Notes: generated by a model not told the origin, from the letters alone. Shown: positions 51,889 to 63,721, counted from the stretch's first letter. The stretch is DNA of 64,000 nucleotides from Nitrospirota bacterium (GCA_963749655.1 CAVVOB010000022.1:32001-96000), one strand, 5' to 3'. Numbers and translations: made by a program.

Positions 51889-52326
51889 ATGCCGAGTTAT
51901 GTTATTACCGAGAAGTGTGACGGCTGCAAGGCGCAGGATAAGACTGCTTGCCAGTATATCTGCCCGAACGACCTCATGACCCTGAACAGGGACCTCATGA
52001 AGGCCTACAACCAGGAGCCGGATCAGTGCTGGGAGTGCTACAACTGCGTAAAGATCTGCCCGCAGCAGGCGATCGAAATCCGTGCTTACCAGGATTTCGC
52101 CCCCCTGGGTGCGAACGTTATCCCGATGCGGGGTACGGATTCCATCATGTGGACCATCAAGTTCCGCAACGGGATCCTGAAGCGTTTCAAGTTCCCGATC
52201 AGGACCACGGCTGAAGGCTCGGTCGATCCCTTCAAGGGCAAGCCTGAAGCAGATATGGCCAAGATCAAGCAGCCCGGATACTTCACCCATCATGGTGCAG
52301 GCAAGACCATGCCGGTGATCAAATAA
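51889..52326 (+). CDS. aprB: Adenylylsulfate reductase beta subunit
   Basis: CDGC..CQYICPNDLM, CWECYNCVKICP, KRFKFPIRTT motifs. Confidence 0.96.
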   Translation: MPSYVITEKCDGCKAQDKTACQYICPNDLMTLNRDLMKAYNQEPDQCWECYNCVKICPQQAIEIRAYQDFAPLGANVIPMRGTDSIMWTIKFRNGILKRFKFPIRTTAEGSVDPFKGKPEADMAKIKQPGYFTHHGAGKTMPVIK

Positions 52327-52338
52327 GGAGGAATGACA

Positions 52339-54378
52339 ATGGAAAAAGAGACCTGCAATTTTTCATTCTGCAAGAAGCCGGCGATTGAAGAAGTAGAGAC
52401 CGATCTCCTCCTCATCGGCGGCGGTATGGCCTGCTGCGGCGCGGCCTTCGAAGGCGCACGCTGGGCGAACCCCAAGAAAATCAAGATAACCATGGTGGAC
52501 AAGGCCGCGACCGACCGGTCCGGCGCCGTTGCCATGGGTCTGTCCGCGATCAACACCTTTATGGGTGAGAACGATCCGAAGGATTATGTAAAGATGGTTC
52601 GGAACGACCTCATGGGAATCATCCGTGAAGACCTGGTCTATGACCTCGGCCGTCACGTTGATGATTCCGTGCAGCTCTTCGAGGAGTGGGGTCTCCCGAT
52701 CTGGAAAGTGGGCGACGACGGGTTCTCGCTCGACGGCTTCCAGGCAAAGGAAGCGGGCAAGGCTTCCCTCAAGGACGGCGGCAAGCCGGTCCGCTCCGGC
52801 AAGTGGCAGATCATGATCAACGGCGAGTCCTACAAGGTCATCGTGGCCGAGGCAGCCAAAAAGGCGCTGGAGACCAACCGCGCCGCTACCGGTGTCAAGC
52901 AGAACCACTACGAGCGCGTGTTCATCGTGAAGCTCTACAACGATGCCAAGGAGCCCAACAGGGTTGCGGCGGCAGCGGGCTTCAGCGTTCGTGAGAACAA
53001 GATCTATGTATTCAAGGCAAAGGCCATGGTCCTGGCAGCCGGCGGCGCGGTGAACGTGTTCCGCCCCCGGTCCACCCAGGAAGGCCAGGGCCGCGCCTGG
53101 TACCCGGTGTGGAATTCCGGTTCCGGCTACGCGTTGGGCCTCCAGGCCGGCGCAGAGCTGACCCTGATGGAAAACCGGTTCGTGCCCGCCCGCTTCAAGG
53201 ACGGCTACGGCCCGGTGGGCGCCTGGTTCCTGTTCTTCAAGGCAAAGGCGACCAACAGCCTCGGTGAAGACTATTGCGCCAATGCGGAAGCCCTGGCTGA
53301 GGCCAAAAAGAAGTATGGCAAGTATGTCGATGCCCTCGGCACCGCGATCCGCAACCACCTGATGATGCGCGATATGAAGCTCGGCAAAGGCCCGATCCTC
53401 ATGAACACGCACCATGCCATGGAGGCGATCAACAAGACCTTCAAGGAAAAACTCGGCGATAAGGAAGGTGCCAAGAAGGTGAAGCACCTCGAGGCTGAGG
53501 CATGGGAAGACTTCCTCGATATGGCCATCGGCCAGGCCGGCCTCTGGGCCGCGCAGAACATTGAGCCGGACAAGGTCCCGTCCGAAATCATGCCGACCGA
53601 ACCGTATCTCCTTGGGTCCCACGCGGGCTGCGCAGGCTTCTGGTGCTGCGGTCCCGATGATTTGGGTGCTCCCGAAGAGTGGAACAAGAAGTGGCCGGCA
53701 GGGAACTACAACCGCCAGTCCACCGTGAAAGGCCTCTTCATGTGCGGCGACATCTGCGGCGCTTCGGGCCACAAGTTCTCCTCTGGTTCGCATGCAGAGG
53801 GACGTATCGCCGCGAAGAGCGCGATCGCGTTCCTGCTCGACAACCCGAACTACACCCCGACGATCAACGAGACCGCCGACCACCTGGCAGCCGAGCTCTA
53901 TCTGCCCTTCGAGGTGTATGAGAAGTACAAGAACCACACCACGGCACCGGAGATCAACCCGAATTACATCAAGCCGAAGATGCTCCAGACCCGTCTGCAG
54001 AAGATCGCCGACGAATATTTTGGCGGCATCTCGACCTGGTACATGACCTCCAAGACCATGCTCGAAGCAGGCCTGGGCAAGCTCCAGGTGCTCAAGGAAG
54101 ACACCTCCAAGATGGCGGCTGCCAATCTGCACGAACTGATGCGCTGCTGGGAACAGTATCATCGTATTCTCTCCGTCGAAGCCCATGCACGCCACATCCT
54201 GTTCAGGGAAGAGTCGCGGTATCCTGGCTACTACTATCGCGGCGACTTCGATCTGATCGATGACAACAACTGGAAGTGCTTCGTGAACTCGAATTACGAC
54301 CAGAAGACCGACAAGTGGACGGTCAAGAAGGTACCGTACGTACAGATGGTCGAAGATGCAGCTCCTGTAAAACATTAA
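52339..54378 (+). CDS. aprA: Adenylylsulfate reductase alpha subunit
   Basis: RSGAVAMGLSAIN, WQIMINGES, RFKDGYGPVGAW, HKFSSGSH motifs; start 52333 or 52339. Confidence 0.96.
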   Translation: MEKETCNFSFCKKPAIEEVETDLLLIGGGMACCGAAFEGARWANPKKIKITMVDKAATDRSGAVAMGLSAINTFMGENDPKDYVKMVRNDLMGIIREDLVYDLGRHVDDSVQLFEEWGLPIWKVGDDGFSLDGFQAKEAGKASLKDGGKPVRSGKWQIMINGESYKVIVAEAAKKALETNRAATGVKQNHYERVFIVKLYNDAKEPNRVAAAAGFSVRENKIYVFKAKAMVLAAGGAVNVFRPRSTQEGQGRAWYPVWNSGSGYALGLQAGAELTLMENRFVPARFKDGYGPVGAWFLFFKAKATNSLGEDYCANAEALAEAKKKYGKYVDALGTAIRNHLMMRDMKLGKGPILMNTHHAMEAINKTFKEKLGDKEGAKKVKHLEAEAWEDFLDMAIGQAGLWAAQNIEPDKVPSEIMPTEPYLLGSHAGCAGFWCCGPDDLGAPEEWNKKWPAGNYNRQSTVKGLFMCGDICGASGHKFSSGSHAEGRIAAKSAIAFLLDNPNYTPTINETADHLAAELYLPFEVYEKYKNHTTAPEINPNYIKPKMLQTRLQKIADEYFGGISTWYMTSKTMLEAGLGKLQVLKEDTSKMAAANLHELMRCWEQYHRILSVEAHARHILFREESRYPGYYYRGDFDLIDDNNWKCFVNSNYDQKTDKWTVKKVPYVQMVEDAAPVKH

Positions 54379-54391
54379 GAACGTGAACACC

Positions 54392-54424
54392 TCCGGGGAG
54401 GGGCAACCCTCCCCGGAATTTATT
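54392..54424 (+). terminator. Hairpin/terminator after aprA
   Basis: TCCGGGGAGGG-GCAA-CCCTCCCCGGA followed by ATTTATT. Confidence 0.65.
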
Positions 54425-54547
54425 GAAAATTGTAAAGTGGAGTTGTTTTTGTTCAACACATCGAACGAAGGTACTTTACAGTGTTCAATCGATATCAACT
54501 TCGACGTAACGTTTCAGTTTCACTGCCTTAAGGAGGAATAGATTATT

Positions 54548-55798
54548 ATGGCGGAAAATAAGTTGTTGGTTGTCGGCGGAGGCTTCAGCGGCCTCACGGC
54601 AGCAGTAGAAGCCGCGGAAGCAGGATCCGATGTCATTATCGTCGAAAAGAACCCCTATCTCGGCGGCCGGGTGACGCAGCTGAACAAGTACTTCTGGAAG
54701 ATGTGTCCCCCAAACTGCGGCCTCGAAATCCAGTATAAGAGGATCAAGAACAACGGCAAGGTGACGATCTATACCATGGCCGAGGTGGAAAAAGTGGCCG
54801 GGACCGAGGGCAACTTCGACGTCACGATCAAGACCACGCCCCGGTTCGTGAACGACAAGTGTACGGGCTGCAACAAATGCGCCGAAGCCTGCGATGTGGA
54901 GCGGTCGAACGATTTCGATTTCGGCATGAGCAAAACGAAAGCAGCTTACCTCCCGCACAACCAGGCATTTCCGCTGAAGTACGTCATCGACGCAAAAGCC
55001 TGCAAGGGAGCGTCCTGCGCCAAGTGTGTTGCCGCATGTAAGTACGATGCAATCCACCTCGACATGAAGACGGAGACCATAAACGTGAAGGTCGGCGCCG
55101 TGGTCATGGCAACGGGCTGGAACCCCTACGATGCGACCAGGATGGACAACCTCGGGTTCGGGAAAGTCCAGAACGTCGTTACGAACATGATGATGGAGCG
55201 TCTAGCAGCGCCGAACGGTCCCACGGCAGGCAAGATCGTACGGCCGTCGGACGGCAAGGAAGTGAAGAACATCGCCTTTGTGCAGTGCGCCGGTTCGCGC
55301 GACGAGAACCATCTCGCCCATTGTTCCTACATCTGCTGCCTGGCGTCGATCAAGCAGGCGACCTACGTGCGCGAGCTTTACCCCGATTCCAAGGCGAAGA
55401 TCTTCTATATCGATATGCGGACCCCCGGCCTCTATGAGAACCGGTTCTACACCAAGATCAAGGAAGACCAGAATGTGTCCTTCCTCAAGGGCAAAGTCGC
55501 CAAAGTGGAGCAGGGAGAGAACGGCGACGTGAAGGTGACCGCCGAGGACATTCACGGCGGCGGCAAGATAACCGAGACCTTCGATATGGTCGTGCTTGCC
55601 ACGGGGATGCAGCCCTCGACAGAGTCCTTCAAAGGTGCGGGAATTGTACCGACCGCTGACGGGTTCGTGGACCAGGCAACGCTCCCGAAGGGCATGTATG
55701 CGACCGGGACGCTCAAGACCCCCGTTGATGTGGCGCGGTCGGCCCAGGATGCCACCGGCGTGGTCATGAAAAGCATCCAGAGCTTGAGGAGGAAATAG
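54548..55798 (+). CDS. qmoA: QmoA (HdrA-like)
   Basis: GGGFSG, KMCPPNCG, QCAGSRDENH..CSYICC motifs; follows aprBA. Confidence 0.93.
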   Translation: MAENKLLVVGGGFSGLTAAVEAAEAGSDVIIVEKNPYLGGRVTQLNKYFWKMCPPNCGLEIQYKRIKNNGKVTIYTMAEVEKVAGTEGNFDVTIKTTPRFVNDKCTGCNKCAEACDVERSNDFDFGMSKTKAAYLPHNQAFPLKYVIDAKACKGASCAKCVAACKYDAIHLDMKTETINVKVGAVVMATGWNPYDATRMDNLGFGKVQNVVTNMMMERLAAPNGPTAGKIVRPSDGKEVKNIAFVQCAGSRDENHLAHCSYICCLASIKQATYVRELYPDSKAKIFYIDMRTPGLYENRFYTKIKEDQNVSFLKGKVAKVEQGENGDVKVTAEDIHGGGKITETFDMVVLATGMQPSTESFKGAGIVPTADGFVDQATLPKGMYATGTLKTPVDVARSAQDATGVVMKSIQSLRRK

Positions 55799-55800
55799 GG

Positions 55801-58037
55801 ATGGAGAAGAAATACTGCGTATATATCTGCAAAGGCTGCGGCATCAAGGATGCAATGGACGTCGAGAAGGTGTCCGGGGCGGCCAAAAAGGTGCAGAATT
55901 TCAAGTTTCATGATGCCCTGTGCAGCCCCGAAGGCGTGCAGCTGATCAAGGACGATATCGCAAAAGAGGGTGTCAATACGATCGTCATCGCCGCCTGTTC
56001 GCCGCGTGCCAAGGCAGCCGAATTCACGTTCCCCGGCGTCCTCACCGAGCGGGTCAACATCCGCGAGTTCGTGGCCTGGACCATGGAGCCGAATACGGAA
56101 GGAACGAACGATGCGGCCTATGACTACATTTCCATGGGTATCACGAAAGTTCAGAAGGCCGAATTGCCTGAGCCCAATATCCTGCCTGACCTGAACAGCA
56201 CGATTCTGGTCATCGGCGGCGGTATTGCCGGCATGACCGCGGCGCTTTCAGCTGCCGATGCGGGCCAGCAGGTCGTCCTTGTCGAGAAAGACGCCAAGCT
56301 CGGCGGGTTCGTGAACCAGCTCTATAAAAAGATCCCGACCGGCTCCTATATCAACAAGCCGCTGATCGTTGATACGGAGATCGAGAAGACCGTAAGCCAG
56401 GTCGAGAGCAACCCGAATATCAAAGTATACAAATCAACCACGGTATCAAAGACCGAGGGACAGCCGGGCCTGTACGACGTGACGCTTTCGAACGGCGAGA
56501 CGATGAAGATCGGCGCCATCGTCATGGCAACGGGCTGGAAGGCCTATGATGCGACCAAGCTCGACTACCTCGGCTACGGCAAGATGAAGAACGTGGTGAC
56601 GAACTTCGAGCTCGAGGAAATCGCGAAGAAAAATAACGGAAAACTCCTCCGCCCGTCCGACGGCAAGCCGGCCCTCAAAGTCGCCTTTATCCAGTGCGCC
56701 GGGCAGCGCGATCCGAATCACCTTCCCTACTGCTCCTCCATGTGCTGCGCCACCTCGCTCAAGCAGGCGCAGTATGTCCGTCAGAACGAGCGATGCCCTT
56801 GCCATGATCTTCTACAAGGACATCCGGACGCCCGGCAGGACCGAGCTCTACTACAAGGAAGCCCAGAACAATCCGGGTATCATGCTTTCGAAGGCGGACG
56901 TGACCGGCGTTTCCGATGCCGGCAACGGCAATATGTTCGTCGAGATGGAGAACACGCTCTTCGGCCTGAAGACCGGCGAGAAAGTGAAGGTCGAGGCAGA
57001 CCTCGTGGTGTTGGCGACGGGCATGGTCCCGACCACGCGTGCTCCCCAGGAATACGCCGACGGGCTCACCAAGGCGGCGGGCGGCGGCGATGAATCCAAG
57101 AAGAACTACCTCGAACAGACTCCCCAGCCCGATTACATCCTGAATCTCGGCTATCGCCAGGGGCCGGAAATCCCGACCCTCGAAGGAGCGTCGGGTTTCG
57201 CCGATTCGAACTTCATCTGCTTCCAGTACGAAACCCGCAGGACCGGCATCTACGCGGCCGGCGGCGTGCACCAGCCCATGAACATGGCGGAAGCCATGGA
57301 AGACGGGGCCGGCGCGGCTTTCAAGGCAATCCAGGCCATCGATCACGTATCCCGCGGTATCGCGGTCCATCCCCGCGCCTGGGATGTGACGTATCCTGAC
57401 CCGCTCCTCATCAAGTGCACGGCCTGCAAGCGGTGCACGGAAGAGTGCCCCTTCGGCGCCATCGACGAAGACGAAAAAGGCATCCCGAAATACAATCTCA
57501 ACCGCTGCCGGCGGTGCGGCACCTGCATGGGCGCCTGCCCCGAACGTATCGTTTCGTTCAAGGACTACAGCGTCGATATTGTCGGCTCCATGCTTAAGTC
57601 TGTGGAATACTCCGATGATGAGGACAAGCCGACGATCATCTGCCTGGTCTGCGAGAACGACTCCTACCCGGCGCTCGACACGGCGGCTATTGCCGGAAAG
57701 AAGATCGACCCGGCATTCCGGTTCATTTCCATGCGGTGCCTGGGCGGAATGAACTCTGGTGTGGGTTGCCGACGCGCTGTCCAAGGGCGCCGACGGTATG
57801 CTGCTTCTCGGTTGCAAGTACGGGGAGAACTATCAGTGCCACTTCGTCAAGGGGAGCGAACTCGCGAACACCCGCTTCAGCAAGGTCAGTGAGACTCTGA
57901 ACCGGCTCCAGCTCGAGTCCGAGCGCGTTCAGCTGATGCAGGTCGCCATCAACGAGTATGATAAACTGCCGGACATGCTCAATGACTTTGCTGCCAGGAT
58001 CAGGGAGATCGGGCCGAATCCGTTCAGGACCATGTAA
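55801..58037 (+). CDS. qmoB: QmoB (HdrA-MvhD fusion), frameshifted near 56790 and 57760
   Basis: ACSPR, QCAGQRD, 2x[4Fe-4S], CENDSYP, GCKYGENYQCHF motifs. Confidence 0.92.
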
Positions 58038-58119
58038 GCCGAAAGCGGAATTCGGATTTCGGAGTGCGGAATGAAATACAAACATCACTCCTAACAAAGT
58101 AAGTGGAGGATAAGATATT

Positions 58120-59281
58120 ATGTCAGAAGCAACCGTAATTAAACCAGATTTAGCGTTTGTGAACGAGATCATCAAGGGCGGCGGCGAATCCCTGAAGAAG
58201 TGCTACCAGTGCGCCACCTGCTCGGTGGTCTGTAACGTGACGCCCGAGGGCAACCCGTTTCCCGCGCAAGGAAATGGTGCTCGCCCAGTGGGGCCAGAAA
58301 GACAAGCTCATCGCGAGCCCCGATGTCTGGCTTTGCCACCAGTGCAGCGACTGTACGGCATACTGCCCGCGTGGCGCAAAACCGGGCGAAGTCCTGAATG
58401 CCATACGGAAACAGAGCATCAAGGAAATGGCCATGGTGCCCTTTTTCGCGAAGATCGCCACGGACGCCAAACTCGTGCCGGTCCTCTTCGCCATTCCCAT
58501 GGTTCTGTTTTACGTTATCCTGGCTGTGCTCGGCAACGGCGGCTTTACCGCACCGCGGGCCGAGGGCAATATCATGGCCTACCACAAGTTCGTGCCCGTG
58601 CCGATCATCGACACGGTATTCATCCTGACGGCGATCTTCGCCGCTGTTTCGGCCTTTGTCGGCATCAAGAAGCTCTGGAGCGGCATGAAGGCCCAGGCCG
58701 GGGAGATGAAGTCCACCGGCAGTCTGGGCGGTGACATCGTCGCCTCGATCACGGAGATCCTGGCCCATACCAAGTTCGCAGACTGCAACGTGAACCGGAT
58801 GCGGCAGTGGGGGCACATGCTCCTGTTCTACAGCTTTGCCGGTCTTGCGGTCGTCACGACCTGGGCGATCGTCTATCTCTACGGCTTTGAATTGCTGGGT
58901 ATCCAGCCTTTCGGTCCATTCCACTTCGGCGAGTCTCCGTACCCGAACAGCGATCCCGTGAAGATCCTGGCGCTCATCAGCTCGATTGCGTTTGCTGCCG
59001 GCGTGGTGATACTGTTGCTTAACCGCCTTGGCAAGGCCGGAAAAGCAGGTATCGGCTCTTATTTCGACTGGATTTTTCTGACCATCGTGATCGGCGTCGG
59101 CGCAACGGGCATGCTTTCCTGGGCGCTCCGGCTGGCGGATATGGAAATCGGATACCTCGTTTATTATTTCCACCTGGTATTTGTATGGTCTCTCTTTGCC
59201 TACGCACCCTATTCCAAGTTTGCGCACCTTTTTTATCGAACCACGGCGATGGTTTTTGCACGTCGCAGCGGGCGCAAGTAG
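58120..59281 (+). CDS. qmoC: QmoC (Fe-S plus membrane heme b subunit), frameshifted near 58265
   Basis: [27 protein letters not shown] helices, PYSKFAH. Confidence 0.92.
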
Positions 59282-59365
59282 CAAGGGAACTGACCAGCAC
59301 GGTATCAGGCATGAGCAACATAAGGGCCATGGCGGGGGGCTTCCCCATCAGGGATCGGTGAAATT

Positions 59366-59812
59366 ATGAAAGTTAAAGAACTACTCAGTATCAAGGGACT
59401 TGAGTGCTTCAGCATCACCAGCGATCAGACGCTCCTGGACGCGGCGAAACAGCTGTCGGAATGCAACATCGGCGCTCTGCTCGTGATGGACCGTGGTTCT
59501 CTCGCCGGGATCATCACCGAGCGCGATATCGTCAAGAACGCTGCGAACGAGGCAAAACAGTGCAAGGAAGTGAAGATCAAGGATGTGATGAGCACAAACC
59601 TGCTCGTTGTCAAGCCCGGCGACGATCTTGATTACGTGATGGCGATCATGATCCAGAATAATATCCGGCATACACCGGTCGTCGAGCCCAGCGGTCTGGT
59701 GGGACTGCTCTCTATGCGCGATGTGGTGCGTGTCCTGGTCAAGAATCTCAAGGCGGAAAATACCTACCTCAAGGACATGATCGGCGGCAAGCTCGGTGAA
59801 ATGGGCGATTAG
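59366..59812 (+). CDS. Tandem CBS-domain protein
   Basis: IGALLV..GIITERD and IRHTPVV..GLLSMRD motifs. Confidence 0.9.
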   Translation: MKVKELLSIKGLECFSITSDQTLLDAAKQLSECNIGALLVMDRGSLAGIITERDIVKNAANEAKQCKEVKIKDVMSTNLLVVKPGDDLDYVMAIMIQNNIRHTPVVEPSGLVGLLSMRDVVRVLVKNLKAENTYLKDMIGGKLGEMGD

Positions 59813-59956
59813 TGAATTAATTTTGCTTCAGAGGGAGGGATGCCTGGGGGGGATTCGCTATTAGGTTGTTCGCGCCCAAGTCTTCTGAGATGAGCGCATT
59901 ATTATCGGATAGGCAACATCAGAACGTTATAATCTAATTTAAAGGAGGAGAACTTA

Positions 59957-62040
59957 ATGAGTAACACGATTCTTTTTGCCCTCGTGTGCGGCGTTGCCGG
60001 CGTCATTTACGGCATCATGACCGCAATGTGGGTGAACAAGCAGGATTCAGGCAATCAGAAAATGATCGACATTTCCAATGCAGTGAAGGAAGGCGCTAAT
60101 GCGTTCCTGGCGCGCGAGTACAAGACAGTTGCAGTGGTCGCAGTGATTCTGCTTGTGGCCTGGCGCTCGTTCCCGCCCTCGGTATGTGGACAGCAGTCGG
60201 ATTCGTCATCGGCACGGTGGGTTCCGCCCTTGCCGGCTTCATCGGCATGTGGGTGTCGCTCCGCGCTAACGTTCGTACGGCAGCGGCAGCCAGCAAAGGC
60301 CTCCAGGCCGCGCTCAGCCTCGCGTTCAAGGGCGGCTCCGTGACCGGCATCATGGTCGTGGGCCTCGGCATCATCGGTCTTGCCGGTTTTTACTTCGTCG
60401 CTAAGACGGCTTGCTCCGCGAGCAGGTTCACACGCTCTGATCGGACTCGGCTTCGGCTGCTCGCTGATGAGCGTGTTCGCCCGTATCGCGGGCGGTATCT
60501 ACACCAAGGCCGCTGACGTGGGCGCCGACCTCGTGGGTAAGGTCGAGAAGAACATCCCCGAAGACGATCCGCGCAACCCCGCCGTGATCGCCGACAACGT
60601 GGGCGACAACGTGGGCGACTGTGCCGGTATGGCCGCTGACCTCTATGAGACCTACACGGTGACCCTCGTGGCCGCCATGCTTCTCGCCAAGACCGTGTTC
60701 GGTGCGGACAGCCCGTGGATCGAGTTTCCGCTCATGCTGGGCGGTGTTTCGATCATCGCTTCCATCGTGGGCACCTACTGCGTCAGACTCGGCAAGAACA
60801 ACTACATCATGGGCGCCCTGTATAAGGGATTGGCCGTTGCAGGCGTTATCGCGGCAGCTCGCGTTCTACTTTCGTGTCCAAGAGCTTTATCGCCGGCCTC
60901 GGCGACCAATGCCGGCGTGTTTCACGGCGAACACCGTGTTCTTCATCTCCCTCATCGGCCTTGCCTTGACCGGCCTGATCGTGTGGCTCACCGAGTACTT
61001 CACCGCTAAAGAGTATCCCCCGGTGCAGCACATCGCACAGGCGAGCCTCACCGGCCACGGCACGAACGTGATCGCCGGACTCGCAGTCAGCATGAAGTCC
61101 ACCGCACCGCCCGTGCTCGTGATCGTTGCCTCGATCCTGGGCGCCTACTGGCTCGGCGGCGGATTCTCCGGCCAGGCAGAACGCAGCATCCGGCGGCATC
61201 TTCGCCATCGCGCTTGCAGCAGTTTCCATGCTTTCCATGACCGGCATCGTCGTGGCCATCGACTCGTACGGCCCGATCACGGACAATGCGGGCGGCGTCG
61301 CTGAAATGGCTGGTCTCCCGAAAGAGATCCGCGATATCACGGACCCCCTCGATGCGGTCGGCAACACCACCAAGGCAGTGACCAAGGGCTATGCCATCGG
61401 TTCCGCAGCACTGGCAGCTTTGGTGCTGTTCTCGGAATATTCACGCTCCTTCACCGGCGGGGTTGTATCATTCGAACTTTCGAACCCCCTGGTTCTTTGC
61501 GGCTTGTTCATCGGCGGCATGCTCCCCTACTACTTCGGCGCGCTCCTTATGGAGTCCGTTGCTAAGGCTGCAGGCGGCGTGGTGGTGGAAGTTCGCAGAC
61601 AGTTTGCGGAGATCAAGGGCATCATGGAAGGCACCGGCAAGCCTGATTACGCAGCGTGCGTTGACATCGTGACCAAGGGCGCCATCAGCGAGATGATGAT
61701 CCCGGCGCTCCTTCCGGTCGTCGTGCCGGTGCTGGTGGGCCTCCTCCTGGGCAAAGAAGCCCTGGGCGGCGTGCTTATCGGCGCCATCGTGACCGGCCTG
61801 TTCCAGGCCATCGCCATGACCTCCGGCGGCGGCGCATGGGACAATGCCAAGAAGTCCTTCGAAGACGGCGTCACGGACAGCAAGGGCGTTGTGCACAAGA
61901 AGGGCAGCGACGGACACAAGGCTTCGGTCACGGGCGACACGGTCGGCGATCCTTACAAGGACACCGCAGGTCCGGCCATCAACCCGATGATCAAGGTCAT
62001 CAACATCGTGGCGCTCCTGATTGTTCCGTTGATCAAGTAA
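59957..62040 (+). CDS. hppA: Membrane-bound H+-translocating pyrophosphatase (K+-independent type), multiply frameshifted
   Basis: [36 protein letters not shown] motifs. Confidence 0.92.
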
Positions 62041-62057
62041 GCAGCATTCGCAATCAC

Positions 62058-62090
62058 AAGGCTGCCCCAGGTCCTGGGGCAGCCTTTTTT
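62058..62090 (+). terminator. Rho-independent terminator
   Basis: AAGGCTGCCCCAG/CTGGGGCAGCCTT stem plus T tract. Confidence 0.9.
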
Positions 62091-62217
62091 ATTCACGGTT
62101 CGGATTCCCTGCTTGTAATTTGACGATAAAGTGGTATTATTCAATCCGTTAGAGCAGTCATCGGATAGCTTTATCTTTGGAGATAGAGGTAAAGTTATTA
62201 TTCGTTTTCGTTAGGGC

Positions 62218-62742
62218 ATGTTGAGCTCTGACGTATTTCATGCGCTTATGAAGGATGCTGAGGTACTCGTAAGGGCCGGCTGTTCTGCCGACGTTGTTGC
62301 CCACTGTATAACGGTGTCGAATATGGCACTTTCGGTAGCGGAGCGTATGAAGGTTGCTGTTGATCGAGAGCTTGTACGCCAGGGCGGGCTGTTCCACGAC
62401 ATCGGCAGGTCGCGTACGCATGGGATTGAACACGCAATCGCCGGCGTAGAAATTGCGAAGGACCTCGGTTTTTCAGACGCGCTCTCAAAGATCATCGAAC
62501 GTCATATCGGCGCGGGTATCACAGCGGAAGAGGCGGAGAGACTTGGGTTGCCGAAAAGGGATTACCTGCCGCTGACAACAGAAGAAAAGATCGTCTCCTA
62601 TGCCGATAACCTTGTCAGCGGTGTGCGGGAGATGCCATTTTTTGAAGCGCTTGACCGGTTCAGGGACATTCTCGGACCTGACCACGAAGGTGTCGAACTT
62701 TTCATAAAGCAGCATCACGAAATACAAAGCTGGATGAAATAG
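62218..62742 (+). CDS. HDIG-domain protein
   Basis: VVAHC, FHDIGRS, ERHIGAG, EEKIVSYAD motifs. Confidence 0.85.
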   Translation: MLSSDVFHALMKDAEVLVRAGCSADVVAHCITVSNMALSVAERMKVAVDRELVRQGGLFHDIGRSRTHGIEHAIAGVEIAKDLGFSDALSKIIERHIGAGITAEEAERLGLPKRDYLPLTTEEKIVSYADNLVSGVREMPFFEALDRFRDILGPDHEGVELFIKQHHEIQSWMK

Positions 62743-62800
62743 AGTCAGAAGAAGAACACACGAGATGCCTCGCATCAAGTGGGCGTTGAAGGGAATGTAC

Positions 62801-63721
62801 ATGAGAAAAAGCAAAGACGAAAAGAAGGATTTCGATCAGGAACTAGCTGAGGACAGCATACCGGTCGTGAGTAAAAACAAGTCCGATAAGGTCGTGCCGG
62901 TCAAACTCACCGGGGCGAGCAAGTTCAAGTTCCGCTGCCACAAAGGCGTCCGGTGTTTCACCGCATGTTGCAGCAACATCAACATCGTCCTGCCGCCGTT
63001 CGATCTTCTCCGTCTCAGGAAGCGGCTCGGCATGACGAGCGAAGACTTCATCAACACATACTGCGAAATCGAGATCCTGGCAAAGACGCTCCTTCCCGTG
63101 ATCACGCTCAAAATGCGGAACGATGAAAAAAAGAGCTGCCCGTTCCTGACTCCCGACGGCTGCACGGTTTACGAGGACCGTCCGAACATCTGCCGCTACT
63201 ATCCCGTGGGCATGGCCACGCTCAGGAAAAAGGACGCGGAGGGCGGCAAGGACGAGTTCTACTTCATGACCAAAGAGGACCACTGCAAGGGCTTCGAGGA
63301 AGACAAGGAGTGGACCATCGAGGAGTGGCGCAAGGATCAGGGGTCGGACCTGCACGATGAAATGAACCGCGGATGGATGGAGATCCTGATCAAGAAAAAG
63401 TCATTCGGCGAGAAGGAATTCCCCGAGATCAAGAATCAGATGTTCTTCATGGTCAGCACGAATACGGATTATTTACGCGAGTTCGTGTTCGGGAGCAGCT
63501 TCCTTGAAACGTACGATATCCCGCAGGAGCGGATCGAAAAAGTGCGCACCGACGATGCCGAACTCCTGAAGCTGGGGTACGAGTGGCTCAGGTCGGCGAT
63601 GTTTGCCGAAGAGACGATGAAGCTGAAAGACGGCGTTGCCGAGGCTCGCAAAGAGCGGACAGACGCTATTATGAAAAAAGTCTATGGAAATAAGCCGAAG
63701 GCAGAGTTCGGGGATGAGTGA
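62801..63721 (+). CDS. YkgJ-family CxxCxxCC Fe/Zn cysteine-cluster protein
   Basis: FRCHKGVRCFTACC, CPFL..GCTVYEDRP..CRYYP motifs. Confidence 0.85.
   Translation: MRKSKDEKKDFDQELAEDSIPVVSKNKSDKVVPVKLTGASKFKFRCHKGVRCFTACCSNINIVLPPFDLLRLRKRLGMTSEDFINTYCEIEILAKTLLPVITLKMRNDEKKSCPFLTPDGCTVYEDRPNICRYYPVGMATLRKKDAEGGKDEFYFMTKEDHCKGFEEDKEWTIEEWRKDQGSDLHDEMNRGWMEILIKKKSFGEKEFPEIKNQMFFMVSTNTDYLREFVFGSSFLETYDIPQERIEKVRTDDAELLKLGYEWLRSAMFAEETMKLKDGVAEARKERTDAIMKKVYGNKPKAEFGDE

Noticed and set aside
52363-54498. 711 aa antisense ORF over aprA, and similar long antisense ORFs elsewhere
   Set aside because: Shadow ORFs caused by high GC3 codon bias, with no protein-like motifs.
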